Shown: positions 1 through 9,751 of the stretch, piece after piece
Numbering within the stretch: the stretch's first letter is position 1
Layout of the letters: each line of letters begins with the position of its first letter
Source: Candidatus Elulimicrobiales bacterium
GTDB lineage: Bacteria; Patescibacteriota; Minisyncoccia; Phycocordibacterales; UBA5272
Direction: 5' to 3'
Assembly (NCBI GenBank): GCA_034927475.1
Contig: JAYFPW010000002.1
Location: forward strand, 193,606 to 257,605
DNA length: 64,000 nucleotides
Program-made: the position numbers and the translations under genes
Notes under the pieces: model-generated
What the model saw: the letters and a program-made list of their open reading frames with translations, nothing else
Told to the model about the DNA's origin: nothing
The model's database searches: none

Positions 1-308
1 TAGCAATATTTGGATTGATTTTATTTTTTATAGCAAATTGTTCTGCCGGAAGTCCGAAAGCGTCCCAACCCATTGGATGAAGCACATTAAACCCTTGCAT
101 CTTTTTCATTCTAGAATAGACATCTGTCGCAATATATCCTTTTGGATGTCCCACATGAAGCCCTTCTCCAGATGGATATGGAAACATATCTAATATGTAA
201 AACTTTGGTTTTCCATTTTCAAAATCATTTGAAGTTGTATTAACTCCATTTTCTTTCCAATATTCCTGCCATTTTTTTTCAATTTCACTATAATTTAATT
301 TGCTCATA
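1..308 (-). CDS. leuS: leucine--tRNA ligase, N-terminal fragment (gene continues beyond window start)
   Basis: Minus-strand translation from ATG (complement of 306-308): [17 protein letters not shown]...[50 protein letters not shown]. This is the class I HIGH region and LeuRS signature. It is absent from the ORF track because it is truncated. Confidence 0.85.
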
Positions 309-369
309 ATTTTAATAAATAAAAGTATAATATAAATTATAATATACCAAATAGATTACCTTCTCGCAC

Positions 370-397
370 TTGACGAATTTTAATGGCGTTATATACT
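370..397 (+). promoter_or_regulatory. candidate sigma70 promoter TTGACG-16-TATACT
   Basis: Hexamers read directly upstream of the 446 ORF. Confidence 0.35.
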
Positions 398-445
398 TGA
401 ATTAGTTCTGGAGTTTAAAACTAAAAATTAAATAAGGAGGTAAAA

Positions 446-727
446 ATGAAAAACGATGCAGAAGATGAAAAAAAAGCTAGATGGATTTCAGCTATAAAGA
501 TTTCTGGATCAATGATGTTTGCAATTATTGTTGGTTTAATAATTGTGATATACGTCAGTGCGTTAGCATCAGAAAATTCTTTCTGGTATGAATTTGTTCT
601 TTTAAGAGAAAAATTGGGGATTTTAGGAAAATATCCAATAATCACCATTTTGTTGGTATTTATAATATCATTACTACTCATATATCGCGAGACCGAACAT
701 GTTGATAGTAATGATGAACAATTTTAA
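446..727 (+). CDS. hypothetical small membrane protein
   Basis: ORF of 93 aa with a hydrophobic core, AAGGAGG SD 6 nt upstream (434-440), and a terminator following. Confidence 0.5.
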   Translation: MKNDAEDEKKARWISAIKISGSMMFAIIVGLIIVIYVSALASENSFWYEFVLLREKLGILGKYPIITILLVFIISLLLIYRETEHVDSNDEQF

Positions 728-734
728 ATAAAAT

Positions 735-760
735 AGCGCTTTTCAGCGCTTTTTTTCTTT
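735..760 (+). terminator. rho-independent terminator
   Basis: AGCGCT-TTTC-AGCGCT hairpin followed by T7. Confidence 0.7.
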
Positions 761-763
761 TTG

Positions 764-792
764 TTGACTTTTATGTTAAAATGTTATAAATT
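764..792 (+). promoter_or_regulatory. candidate promoter TTGACT-16-ATAAAT
   Basis: Lies inside the 5' end of track ORF 761..1219, arguing the real start is the downstream ATG at 812. Confidence 0.35.
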
Positions 793-811
793 AATTTCTC
801 CGAATAAATCT

Positions 812-1219
812 ATGAAAAATCGACTTGAAGATCTTGCTTTAAAAGTGACCAAATGGGTTGGTTCTATTTGGTCTATTATTATTCACACTTTAGTGTTTAT
901 CTTTTTTATGGTTTTACTTTATCTTGGATACAATCCTGAGAGAGTAATGCTTATCTTAACGACTTTAGTCTCTCTAGAAGCAATTTATCTTGCCCTCTTT
1001 ATTCAAATGACAGTAAACAAACACTCTGAACATATTGCTGAGATTAGTGAAGACGTCGATGAGATTCAAGAAGATATTGATGATATTCAGGAAGATATCG
1101 AAGACATAAGTGAAGACGTCGATGAGATTCAAGAAGATATTGATGATATTCAGGAAGATATTGAAGAGCTAAATGAAGATGAAAATGAAAACGAGAATAA
1201 AGAAAAAATAGAAAATTAA
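812..1219 (+). CDS. membrane protein (2 TM) with acidic tandem-repeat C-terminal tail
   Basis: N-terminal hydrophobic helices followed by EDVDEIQEDIDDIQEDIEDIS x2 then a NEDENENENKEK tail. Start chosen at MKNRLEDL because the upstream ATGs overlap the promoter. Confidence 0.5.
   Translation: MKNRLEDLALKVTKWVGSIWSIIIHTLVFIFFMVLLYLGYNPERVMLILTTLVSLEAIYLALFIQMTVNKHSEHIAEISEDVDEIQEDIDDIQEDIEDISEDVDEIQEDIDDIQEDIEELNEDENENENKEKIEN
1046..1171 (+). repeat. 2 x 63-bp in-frame tandem direct repeat inside CDS
   Basis: agtgaagacgtcgatgagattcaagaagatattgatgatattcaggaagata... repeated with period 63; copies diverge only near the 3' end. Confidence 0.9.
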
Positions 1220-1221
1220 TA

Positions 1222-1545
1222 TTAAATATCAAATTTAAATAATACCCATTCTATAGCCGAAAGTACGAGAGCAAAAATTGCTGCTTGCCAAAATGAAGCG
1301 AAGACAAATCCTGGAGTAAAGTAAGAAACTAAAAGAAGTAAAAGCACATTTAGTATCAAATAAAATAAACCTAATGTTAAAAAATTAATAGGCCAAGTAA
1401 AAAATTTAATTACTGGTTTTACAACAGCATTCACCAAAACTAACAGCAAAGTGAAAATAAGCAACGCTAACCATCCAGAATAAGTTATTCCTACTAATTT
1501 AACAGACAAAAGCACCGCTAAAAAACTTAATATAAAATGAATCAT
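1222..1545 (-). CDS. phage-holin-family (PF04020/DUF360-like) 4-TM membrane protein
   Basis: 107 aa; VLVNAVVKPVIKFFTWPINFLTLGLFYLILNVLLLLLVSYFTPGFVFASFWQAAIFALVLSAIEW matches the holin_4_2 family pattern (from memory). Confidence 0.6.
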   Translation of the reverse strand: MIHFILSFLAVLLSVKLVGITYSGWLALLIFTLLLVLVNAVVKPVIKFFTWPINFLTLGLFYLILNVLLLLLVSYFTPGFVFASFWQAAIFALVLSAIEWVLFKFDI

Positions 1546-1626
1546 AATTTAATTATTATATGTAAATTTTAACATAATTTACATTCTTTATGTTATACTT
1601 TTAACTAAGTTAATTATAATTAAAAT

Positions 1627-2421
1627 ATGAAAAATTTTTTTAAAAATCAGACTGCGGTAGCTATTTTATTTGGTGCACTTATTATAGCTTTAGGAATTAT
1701 AGGCTACGCTTTAATAAACAAAGATTCAAATTCTGGATCTGGATCTAAAAAAGACGTTTTAGATTCTATAATGAATGGAGATAAAATCTTCCAAGGGGCA
1801 GATTTTAAAGATAAAGAATACATTTTAGGAAATTCAAAAAATGATGTGACAGTTGTAGTTTATTCAGATTTTGAATGCCCTTTCTGTAAAATGCTTCACG
1901 AGAATGCGATTTTACAATTACAAGAAAAATATTCTACAGACAGCAAAGATATTTCAAAAGCAAAAATTGGTATAGTTTATAGACATTTCGCTCAAAGCTA
2001 TCACGAAAAAGCACCAATGGAAACTAATGCTGCTTTGTGTTCAAGAGAATTATACGGACAAAATGTTTATGCGAACTTTATAGATAGACTTTACAACTTA
2101 AACCCTGTAGATGGAACTTTTGATTTAGCGACTCTTCCAGATATTACAGAATACGCTGTAAAATTAGCCAAAGAGAAAAATCAGAGTGTTAAAAAAGATT
2201 TTGATAAATCTGAATTTACAAAATGTCTAAGTAGTGAGACTTATAATTCAGAGTTTTTAGAAAATATGCAAGACGCTGTCATCGCAGGACTTGAAGGTAC
2301 CCCTTATTCTGTTATTACATATAAAGATGGAAATGATCAAACCATTATTGCTAAAGTTTCTGGAGCAAAAGACGCTTCTTATTATGAAAAGATAATAGAT
2401 AAACTTTTATCTATTAAATAA
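1627..2421 (+). CDS. DsbA-family thiol:disulfide oxidoreductase, membrane-anchored
   Basis: N-terminal TM; thioredoxin-fold active site FECPFC; C-terminal GTPYSVI. Confidence 0.8.
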   Translation: MKNFFKNQTAVAILFGALIIALGIIGYALINKDSNSGSGSKKDVLDSIMNGDKIFQGADFKDKEYILGNSKNDVTVVVYSDFECPFCKMLHENAILQLQEKYSTDSKDISKAKIGIVYRHFAQSYHEKAPMETNAALCSRELYGQNVYANFIDRLYNLNPVDGTFDLATLPDITEYAVKLAKEKNQSVKKDFDKSEFTKCLSSETYNSEFLENMQDAVIAGLEGTPYSVITYKDGNDQTIIAKVSGAKDASYYEKIIDKLLSIK

Positions 2422-2439
2422 GAAAGTGATTTTAAAAAA

Positions 2440-2468
2440 CCAAATCTCTAGAGATTTGGTTTTTTGTT
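2440..2468. terminator. bidirectional rho-independent terminator
   Basis: CCAAATCTC-TA-GAGATTTGG hairpin flanked by A-run and T-run, between convergent genes. Confidence 0.75.
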
Positions 2469-2472
2469 TTAA

Positions 2473-2793
2473 TTAAATACCGAGTTGCATTCTAAGTTCT
2501 TCACTTGGCTCCCAAGGTTCACTAAAATCAAGCTCCACTTGTGCTTCTCCTAAATTTAGAGACTCTACTTTTAATTCTACATCCTCCACGATTTTATCCG
2601 CAAACGGACACATAATACTGGTTAAAGTCATAATAACCTTTATAGATTCATAAACTTTAAAATCTTCTAAATAATCCCCTATTTCAATTTTACGAATTAG
2701 TCCAAGAGAAACAATATCAATATTTAATTCCGGATCTTGAATTTCTTTTAAAGCTTCTAAAATCTGTTGTTCTATTTTTTCTTTTTCTAACAT
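2473..2793 (-). CDS. DUF59 / SufT-like Fe-S assembly protein
   Basis: 106 aa; MIP18/DUF59-like; terminal gene of the suf operon. Confidence 0.65.
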   Translation of the reverse strand: MLEKEKIEQQILEALKEIQDPELNIDIVSLGLIRKIEIGDYLEDFKVYESIKVIMTLTSIMCPFADKIVEDVELKVESLNLGEAQVELDFSEPWEPSEELRMQLGI

Positions 2794-3482
2794 AATTTTA
2801 ATTTAGTATCTTTCATCTCATAGAATCTATCTATTTTTATAAGGTCTTCAATATTTTCTCTATGAGAAATTAAACAAAAAGCTGTGCCGGTATCTTTAAA
2901 ATCTTGAATAATTTTGAAGACTTTTTTAACAGAAACTTTATCAACTCCAGAATCAATTTCATCCATAAAAACAAAATTTGGTTTCAAAGCAAAAAGATGA
3001 AGCATTTCCGCTTGTTTCTTTTCTCCACCAGAGAATCCGACATTTAAATCTCTTTTCAAGAAATTTTCATCAATTTCATATTTTTGACAAAAATTTATAA
3101 TCTCTTTATTAAAATCTAAAATAGAAAGTTTGTTTTCTTCAGAAATATTTTTATAAGATCTATATAAAAATTGTAAAAGATTTACCCCTTCAATTTCTGG
3201 AACATGTTGCAAAGAAAAATAAAGACCTTCTTTAGCCATTTCAAAAGTTTTAGCTTCTGTTAAGTCTATTTTTTCACTATTCTTTTCTAGAATAATTTTT
3301 CCTTTTTGTATTTCAAAATTTGGATGTTTAAAAATAGCTGAAAGTAAAGAAGATTTTCCAGAGCCGTTTTCTCCGATAATAGAAATAACTTCACCTTTTT
3401 TTAATTCAAAGCTAGCGTCATCAATTATTTCTTTACCATTATCAACAATTTTTATTTTTAAATCTTTTATTTTTAATTTCAT
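2787..3482 (-). CDS. sufC: Fe-S cluster assembly ATPase SufC
   Basis: Walker A GENGSGKSS, ABC signature LSGGEKK, Walker B FVFMDEIDSGVD. Start taken at MKLKIKDL (3482); the track ORF extends to 3518. Confidence 0.85.
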   Translation of the reverse strand: MKLKIKDLKIKIVDNGKEIIDDASFELKKGEVISIIGENGSGKSSLLSAIFKHPNFEIQKGKIILEKNSEKIDLTEAKTFEMAKEGLYFSLQHVPEIEGVNLLQFLYRSYKNISEENKLSILDFNKEIINFCQKYEIDENFLKRDLNVGFSGGEKKQAEMLHLFALKPNFVFMDEIDSGVDKVSVKKVFKIIQDFKDTGTAFCLISHRENIEDLIKIDRFYEMKDTKLKLC

Positions 3483-3484
3483 AA

Positions 3485-3883
3485 TTATTTTATTTTTCTT
3501 AAAACATCGGTTAAACATCTATAAGAAAGTAATGCGCAATTTACACGAGAAGGAGAAATTTGAACTCCTAAAAGTTCGTAAATATTTGCCGGTGTCCAAA
3601 GTTTCAAATCTTGAATTTGTAGTTTATCATTTTTGATTTTTTCTGTCATTAAACTCATTCCAGCTTGAGAAAGGGCACAACCATTTCCAGCCCAAGAAAC
3701 ATTTTTTATCTTTTCATCTTCAATATCTAAAAAAAGTTCAGCTCTGTCTCCACAGTCAGCATTATTTCCCAAACCTAAACAAAATTCACATTCTGTCTCA
3801 ATAGCTTCCACTTTATTTTTTGGATTTCTAGAATGTTCTAAAATATTTTCTGAATATAAATTTTCTAAATAATTTGAGTCCAT
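3485..3883 (-). CDS. sufU: SufU/IscU-like Fe-S scaffold (NifU N-terminal family)
   Basis: NPKNKVEAIETECEFCLGLGNNADCGDRAELFL...GCALSQAGMSLM. Start at MDSNYLEN (3883), 2 nt after the sufS stop. Confidence 0.75.
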   Translation of the reverse strand: MDSNYLENLYSENILEHSRNPKNKVEAIETECEFCLGLGNNADCGDRAELFLDIEDEKIKNVSWAGNGCALSQAGMSLMTEKIKNDKLQIQDLKLWTPANIYELLGVQISPSRVNCALLSYRCLTDVLRKIK

Positions 3884-3887
3884 ATTT

Positions 3888-5165
3888 TTATCTATTAAAC
3901 ACTTTTCCGATTTTAAGTAAAGAATTTGTAAGAACATCAACATCTTCTTTGGAGTTATAAATATGAAAAGATACTCTAGCAAAACCATTTTTAGTTCCCA
4001 GATAATTAACTAATGGCTCCGCACAATGATGTCCTGCTCGTACAGCCACATTGTCCCCCGCCAGAACTTCCGCTACATCGTGAGGATGAATTTCCTTTCC
4101 ATTCACAAAAACTTGCATAGAAACGGTTCCAGAATTATTTTCTGGTAAAGCTGCAAAAGGTTTTATTTCTAAAATATTTTTATTTTGAGAATTAATCTCA
4201 GAAATTTTATTCAAAAAATATTCTACTAATTTTTGAGAATGAGATAAACTTTCTAAACTAATTTCATTCAAAAAATCAACCGCTTCCCCTGCTCCGATAA
4301 TTCCTGCAATATTTGGAGTTCCAGCTTCAAAAACTTTCGCATCACTTCTAAAATCTGTTTTTTCTCTTTCTACGTGAGAAACAATACCTCCTCCAAGAAT
4401 TGTTGGATTCATTTGGCGAGAAATTTCTCTTTTAAGCCAAAGTACTCCCACTCCTGTAGGACCAAAAGCTTTATGAAAAGAAAAATATGCTGCGTCAATA
4501 TATTTTTCCATTTCGTTCATATTTATAGGAAAATGGCCAAAACCAGCTGTCATATCACAAATCACAAAGACTTTATCGTTCTTCTTTTTTATTTCTCTAA
4601 CAATTTCTTTTATATTGTTGATAGTTCCTAAAACGTTGGAAGCTAAAGTTATAGAGACTATTTTGGTCTTTTCAGAAACTAAATTTTCTAAATTAGAAAT
4701 ATCTAAATTGAAATCAGAATCTAATTCTAGAAAAACTAATTCCATTTTTTTATTTTTAGCTAATTTTTGTAAAGGTAAAAGAGAAGAATGATGCTCCATA
4801 ATAGTAGTCAAAATCTCATCTCCTTCGTCTAAAAAAGGAAATTCATCGTCGTGAAGAGAAATTAAATCTATTAACAGATTGCTGGAAGCCGTCGCTCCCG
4901 AAGTCCAAATGATTTCTTCTTCGCGAGAGTTTAAATATTTAGCCAATTTTTCTCTAGACTTTTCAAATTCATTTGTGGCCTTTTCCGCAATTTTTGAACT
5001 AGCCCGATTTACATTACTTCTATAATTAGAATAATATTCATTCATCTTAGACAAAACACTCTTCGGAGTTAAAGAAGTAGCTGCTGAATCTAAATAAATT
5101 AAATCTTTTCCATATTCATTTTTATAATTTTCAAAAATCTGAAATTCTTTTTTAATTTCATTCAT
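3888..5165 (-). CDS. sufS: cysteine desulfurase SufS (class V aminotransferase)
   Basis: YLDSAATSLTP..., PLP-Lys region SFHKAFGPTGVGVLW, catalytic Cys region GHHCAEP. Confidence 0.85.
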   Translation of the reverse strand: MNEIKKEFQIFENYKNEYGKDLIYLDSAATSLTPKSVLSKMNEYYSNYRSNVNRASSKIAEKATNEFEKSREKLAKYLNSREEEIIWTSGATASSNLLIDLISLHDDEFPFLDEGDEILTTIMEHHSSLLPLQKLAKNKKMELVFLELDSDFNLDISNLENLVSEKTKIVSITLASNVLGTINNIKEIVREIKKKNDKVFVICDMTAGFGHFPINMNEMEKYIDAAYFSFHKAFGPTGVGVLWLKREISRQMNPTILGGGIVSHVEREKTDFRSDAKVFEAGTPNIAGIIGAGEAVDFLNEISLESLSHSQKLVEYFLNKISEINSQNKNILEIKPFAALPENNSGTVSMQVFVNGKEIHPHDVAEVLAGDNVAVRAGHHCAEPLVNYLGTKNGFARVSFHIYNSKEDVDVLTNSLLKIGKVFNR

Positions 5166-5189
5166 AAAGCAATTATACCTTAAAGTCTT

Positions 5190-5576
5190 TTAGTTAAAAA
5201 GTATTTCTTTTACTTCTTCAAGAGAGAGCTTATTCTCTTTTTCTATAGTTAAACTTATATCATCAATAAGTGGAACAAGATGAACATGCACATGAGGAAC
5301 TTGTAAACCTTCCACAATCATCGCCACTTTAGAAAAGTGTAATTTTCCTTTTAATTTTTCTGTAAGAAGTTCAGCTATCTTTTTAGAAACAGACATTAAT
5401 TCAACATATTCTTCTTCAGTTAAATCAAAAATATAATCAGTCTCTTTTTTTGGAATAACCAAAACATGTCCATCCCGAATAGGGTTGATGTCTAAGATTA
5501 CAATATATTTTTCATCTTCAAAAAGAATATCTGACGGAATTTCTCTATTTATAATCTTGGTAAAGACAGAAGACAT
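5190..5576 (-). CDS. HIT-family hydrolase
   Basis: Histidine triad VPHVHVHLVP. Confidence 0.85.
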   Translation of the reverse strand: MSSVFTKIINREIPSDILFEDEKYIVILDINPIRDGHVLVIPKKETDYIFDLTEEEYVELMSVSKKIAELLTEKLKGKLHFSKVAMIVEGLQVPHVHVHLVPLIDDISLTIEKENKLSLEEVKEILFN

Positions 5577-5581
5577 AATAA

Positions 5582-6130
5582 CTATTCCGCAACAACTATC
5601 TTTCCAACAAAAGCTTCTTCTCCACGAATAGAAACTGTTCCTTCACCTTGATGCTCCCAAAGTTCAACTTCTCCATCAGCTGATAAATATCTTGCTCCAG
5701 ATCCAGAAACAGCATGATTCAATTCTAAATTGTTCATATATAGATCAAGTGAACTGATATATGCCTTGTCTGTCTTTAAGTTATAACTTGCAAAAACTTC
5801 AGTTCCAGAAGCATTTTTATAAACTACAGAACTTAAAACCCCTTCTAAATTACAAGTATTTCTAAAAAGTGCAGTTTCGTCACAAGTTTTACCCTCTCCA
5901 AAATTACAAATACCTCCCTGACTACCGTCTGCATTAGTAACAATTTCTGAAATTCCTCCATTTCTTACACAAAACTCAGAAGCTGGATTTGCTAAACCAA
6001 CATTTTGTGTTTGATCGTTTGTATTGTTAACAACTTTGTTTTCTTGAGGTTTTTTAGTTGAAAGCCAGTAAACTGCAAAGATGATGATTAATGCTAATAA
6101 TATATATAAAATTTTTGATGATTTTTTCAT
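5582..6130 (-). CDS. exported DUF333 (putative hemolysin) - MliC/PliC lysozyme-inhibitor fusion
   Basis: Signal/TM anchor; NPASEFCVRNGG...GICNF (DUF333); C-terminal SGSGARYLSADGEVELWEHQGEG (MliC SGxRY...W.KG motif). Confidence 0.55.
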   Translation of the reverse strand: MKKSSKILYILLALIIIFAVYWLSTKKPQENKVVNNTNDQTQNVGLANPASEFCVRNGGISEIVTNADGSQGGICNFGEGKTCDETALFRNTCNLEGVLSSVVYKNASGTEVFASYNLKTDKAYISSLDLYMNNLELNHAVSGSGARYLSADGEVELWEHQGEGTVSIRGEEAFVGKIVVAE

Positions 6131-6199
6131 AAGTTTTTTTGAAAATTAATATTTTTATAAGATAAAAACATAATAACATAACATAATAAAAATTAATAA

Positions 6200-6235
6200 T
6201 TTAATCAAAATAAAAACACTATTTCTAGTGTTTCT
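6200..6235 (-). terminator. terminator downstream of tRNA-Tyr
   Basis: AAACACTA-gaaa-TAGTGTTT hairpin plus T-run on the minus strand. Confidence 0.6.
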
Positions 6236-6248
6236 ATTTTAGATTTTG

Positions 6249-6332
6249 TGCGCCGAGTTGGATTTGAACCAACGTAGCCCGAAGGGCGACAGATTTACAG
6301 TCTGTTGTAATTGACCGCTCTACCATCGACGC
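6249..6332 (-). tRNA. tRNA-Tyr (GTA), type II
   Basis: Hand-folded: acceptor GCGTCGA/TCGGCGC, D-arm with GG, anticodon stem ACAGA/TCTGT with loop CTGTAAA giving anticodon GTA, long variable arm, T-loop TTCAAAT, discriminator A. Confidence 0.8.
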
Positions 6333-6334
6333 AT

Positions 6335-6370
6335 ACTGAAAATTGAATTCAGAAGAATAAAATTTTCAGT
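6335..6370. repeat. 10-bp perfect inverted repeat (ACTGAAAATT ... AATTTTCAGT), 16-nt loop
   Basis: Sits 2 nt upstream of the tRNA-Tyr 5' end. Confidence 0.6.
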
Positions 6371-6390
6371 TCAATAATTATAACACATTA

Positions 6391-6420
6391 TCATCAAAAT
6401 ACAAAGATAGATTTGTATTT
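6391..6420 (-). terminator. terminator of the 6421..6927 gene
   Basis: AAATACAAA-gataga-TTTGTATTT (9-bp perfect stem) plus TTTT on the minus strand. Confidence 0.6.
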
Positions 6421-6927
6421 TTAATTAGCTAAATTAGCACATCCTTTATATTCTTTTTCAGAGTGAAAATCTAAAGAAACCGCTAAATTATTGGCTCTTC
6501 CAGCATCATCCATACATTCTTTCTTTTCAAAAAAGATAATAATATTTTTGGTTGTTGAAGAAATTGAACCGTCAGCATTTAAAAGACTAACATCCCCACG
6601 ATATTGAAATTCATTAGAATAATCTTCTTGCCAAGTTTTTCCAACTAACCCATACCAAGTTGTTGAACCATAGTCCAAAGAAAGATTAATCATAGCTAAA
6701 GGAGCGTCAGCATTATCTCCTTTTATTTGAAAACTCCAACCAGGCTCATTTCCAGTACCGCTTACTATTAGATTATCTGCCTTAACTTCCTCTAATTGGC
6801 TGGCATTTTTATTGTCAGTATTAGGAGATGAAAGATATTTATTAAAAACTCCAGCCTTATAAATAATAAATAAAACTACAAGAACTATAACCACCCACCA
6901 ATACCATTTAATTTTTTTATTCTCCAT
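6421..6927 (-). CDS. membrane-anchored exported protein, unknown (GTGNEPGWSF motif)
   Basis: N-terminal TM; no family confidently recognised; adjacent to an MliC-like gene. Confidence 0.4.
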   Translation of the reverse strand: MENKKIKWYWWVVIVLVVLFIIYKAGVFNKYLSSPNTDNKNASQLEEVKADNLIVSGTGNEPGWSFQIKGDNADAPLAMINLSLDYGSTTWYGLVGKTWQEDYSNEFQYRGDVSLLNADGSISSTTKNIIIFFEKKECMDDAGRANNLAVSLDFHSEKEYKGCANLAN

Positions 6928-7011
6928 ATAGATATTTTTTAATTTTAATTATTTTAATAAGTTATTCGTAGGTAACTATAGCACAAAAAATAATTTATAT
7001 AAAAAATTACA

Positions 7012-9669
7012 CTATTTTTTCAAAACTTTCTTCAAATAATATCCTGTATGAGAATTTTTCTCATTAGCCACATACTCTGGAGTGCCTTGAGCTACTATTT
7101 TTCCGCCTCCACTTCCTCCTTCTGGGCCAATATCAATAACATGATCGGCATTTTTTATAATATCTAAATTGTGCTCAATGACTACCACAGTATTTCCTTG
7201 ATTTACTAATTTATTTAAGATTTCTAAAAGATTTTTAACATCTTCATAATGAAGACCAATAGATGGCTCATCTAAAAGATAGATTGTCTTTTCTGTATGT
7301 CTACGATATAGCTCGCTAGAGATTTTTACCCTCTGAGCTTCTCCTCCAGATAAAGTAGTAGCACTTTGTCCCAATTCCAAATAACCAAGTCCTACATCAT
7401 CAAGAGATTTCAATCTGTCATAAATAGCTGGAATAGCTTCAAAAAACTTTATACCTTCTTCTACAGTCATCTTTAAAATATCAAAAATATTTTTATTTTT
7501 ATATTTAACCTCTAAAGTTTCTTTTGTGAATCTTTTTCCGTTACAAACATCACAAGTGACATAAACTGTCGGCAAAAAGTGCATTTCAACAGCTATTTCC
7601 CCATTCCCTTCACAAGCTTCACATCTTCCACCAGCTCTATTAAAAGAAAATCTGGAAGCATTCCAACCGCGAATCCTAGCTTCTTCGGTATTAGCGAAAA
7701 GATCACGAATATGGGTCCAAGCTCCTGTATAGGTAGCTGGATTGCTTCTTGGAGTTCTTCCAATTGGAGACTGATCGATTAGAATTGTTCTAGACAAATA
7801 TTCTGTACCAGTTACTTCGTCACAATTATAAACTTTAGCTGTTCTATATTTTCTCTCAAGTCTAGCTAAAAGATTTTTATATAAAATCTCATACATAAAG
7901 CTAGATTTTCCAGATCCAGAAACTCCAGTAATAACATTAAACTTTCCGAGCGGAACTTTCACATTCATATTTTTAATATTAAATATGTGTCCATTCTTAA
8001 TAGAAATAAAAGCCCCATTTCCTTCTCTTCTTTTTTTAGGAGTCTCAATTTCTTTTTCACCACGCAAATAAGCAAGTGTGGTCGATTTTGATTTGTTAGT
8101 TTTAGCTGTTAATAAATCCTCTAAATAATCAGCTACAATAATTTCCCCACCATGCACACCAGCTTTTGGACCAATATCTATCATATAGTCACTAGCAAAA
8201 ATTGTGTCTTCATCATGCTCCACCACAATAATAGTATTTCCCATATCACGAAGCTCTGTCAAAGTTTTAATAAGTTTATCATTATCTCTTTGATGAAGAC
8301 CAATGGTCGGCTCATCTAAAACATACAAAGCACCTACAAGTTTACTTCCAAGCTGAGAAGCTAAACGAATTCTTTGCGCTTCACCACCAGATAAAGTATC
8401 TGCTTTTCTATCTAAACTTAAATAAGTCAGTCCTACATTCAACATAAATTCAAGCCTCGACTCTATTTCATTAATCATCACACTTGCTATTTCAAGATCT
8501 TTTTTAGAAATTACATTTTTTAAATTTTCAAAATATTTTTCAGCTTCTTCTATAGTGAGAGCTGTTATATCTACGATATTTTTTCTATCCGCTTTATTTT
8601 TATCATTTAAGAAAATATTTAAAGCTTCTTTACGAAGTCTTTTTCCGCCACAATCTTCACATTCATCTAAAGCTCCAAAATATTTAGTTCCAAGCCCATT
8701 ACAGGTTTGGCATGCTCCATAAGGAGAATTAAAAGAAAAAAGTCTTGGTTCTATTTCTGGAAAAGAGAATCCACAATTTGCACAAGCAAATTTATTACTC
8801 ATAACAAATCTTTCTTTTTCCCCTTCTTCATTCATCATCTCAATCTCCACTAAACCTTCCGCTCCATCTAAAGCTCTTTCAATAGATTCTGAAAGACGCA
8901 CCATAGCATCTTTTTTACTAGCTAAAAGTTTTAATTCATCAATCAATATAAAATCCACCACAAAAGAAATATCGTGTTTTTTCGTTTTACTCATTTCAAT
9001 TCTTTCTCTCAAACTTTTTGTAACACCATCAACCACTACCTCCTTGTAGCCTTTTCCGAGCATGTCATACATAAGTTGATAATATTCACCTTTTCGTCCA
9101 CGCACAACAGGAGCTAAAATTCGCACACCTAAATCTGAAAATTTTACCCCTTGAATACTTTTAACTTCTTTTTCAAATTTTCTATAATCTATCTTTTTAA
9201 CTTTATCTAAAATAAAATTAATAATTTCATCATTAGAAAGCTTTTCAATTTTGCTTCCACATTCTATACAGTATGGTTTTCCGATTCTGGCATATAAAAC
9301 TCTTAAATAATCATAAATCTCTGTAATTGTCGCGACAGTAGAGCGAGGATTTCTACCGGCAGATTTTTGATCAATAGAAATAGCGGGAGAAAGACCGATG
9401 ATTTCATCTACATCTGGCTTTTGCATTTGGTTCAAAAAATGTCGTGCATAAGCTGAAAGACTTTCCACATATCTTCTTTGTCCTTCGGCAAAGATAGTGT
9501 CAAAAGCTAGAGAGGATTTTCCACTTCCTGAAAGTCCAGTAAAAACAACCAATTTATTTCTTGGCATTTCTACAGAGACATTTTTTAAATTATGAGTCCT
9601 TGCACCCTTAACTATAATTTTGTCTTGTTCTTCTCTCTTTTTATTATTAGGTGAAATATTTTTAACCAT
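7012..9669 (-). CDS. uvrA: excinuclease ABC subunit A
   Basis: 885 aa; two ABC modules (GLSGSGKSS / GVSGSGKSS), two LSGGE signatures, Zn-finger CxxC pairs. Confidence 0.95.
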   Translation of the reverse strand: MVKNISPNNKKREEQDKIIVKGARTHNLKNVSVEMPRNKLVVFTGLSGSGKSSLAFDTIFAEGQRRYVESLSAYARHFLNQMQKPDVDEIIGLSPAISIDQKSAGRNPRSTVATITEIYDYLRVLYARIGKPYCIECGSKIEKLSNDEIINFILDKVKKIDYRKFEKEVKSIQGVKFSDLGVRILAPVVRGRKGEYYQLMYDMLGKGYKEVVVDGVTKSLRERIEMSKTKKHDISFVVDFILIDELKLLASKKDAMVRLSESIERALDGAEGLVEIEMMNEEGEKERFVMSNKFACANCGFSFPEIEPRLFSFNSPYGACQTCNGLGTKYFGALDECEDCGGKRLRKEALNIFLNDKNKADRKNIVDITALTIEEAEKYFENLKNVISKKDLEIASVMINEIESRLEFMLNVGLTYLSLDRKADTLSGGEAQRIRLASQLGSKLVGALYVLDEPTIGLHQRDNDKLIKTLTELRDMGNTIIVVEHDEDTIFASDYMIDIGPKAGVHGGEIIVADYLEDLLTAKTNKSKSTTLAYLRGEKEIETPKKRREGNGAFISIKNGHIFNIKNMNVKVPLGKFNVITGVSGSGKSSFMYEILYKNLLARLERKYRTAKVYNCDEVTGTEYLSRTILIDQSPIGRTPRSNPATYTGAWTHIRDLFANTEEARIRGWNASRFSFNRAGGRCEACEGNGEIAVEMHFLPTVYVTCDVCNGKRFTKETLEVKYKNKNIFDILKMTVEEGIKFFEAIPAIYDRLKSLDDVGLGYLELGQSATTLSGGEAQRVKISSELYRRHTEKTIYLLDEPSIGLHYEDVKNLLEILNKLVNQGNTVVVIEHNLDIIKNADHVIDIGPEGGSGGGKIVAQGTPEYVANEKNSHTGYYLKKVLKK

Positions 9670-9751
9670 TCTATTATTCTAGCATTTAATATATCTTTTG
9701 AAAATCTGTATCTAAACGACTCTCTTTCTTGTATATTCTGAATAAATAATA

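Noticed and set aside
761-811. Track start for the 761..1219 ORF
   Set aside because: The first 17 codons overlap a plausible -35/-10 pair, so I moved the start to the ATG at 812.
1044-1232. Minus-strand 62-aa ORF and the possibility that the 63-bp repeats are a CRISPR-like array
   Set aside because: There are only two repeat units and no spacers, and they are in frame within a plus-strand CDS. The antisense ORF is a shadow of the repeat.
4374-4631. Numerous short ORFs antisense to or embedded in conserved genes (e.g. 4374-4631, 7579-7782, 12792-12980, 15935-16255, 16354-16542, 18576-19079, 19094-19690, 21664-22005, 24457-24696, 25737-25964, 27340-27573, 28131-28346, 29975-30205, 32522-32770, 33142-33883, 34855-35058, 35071-35340, 38173-38385, 40138-40338, 40865-41639, 43817-44041, 45590-45871, 46603-48216 minus ORFs in priA, 48910-49110, 52095-52283, 55402-55725, 58721-58969, 59737-59931, 60533-62385 plus ORFs in typA)
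   Set aside because: These are shadow ORFs in AT-rich DNA opposite or inside well-supported genes, with low-complexity translations and no signals.
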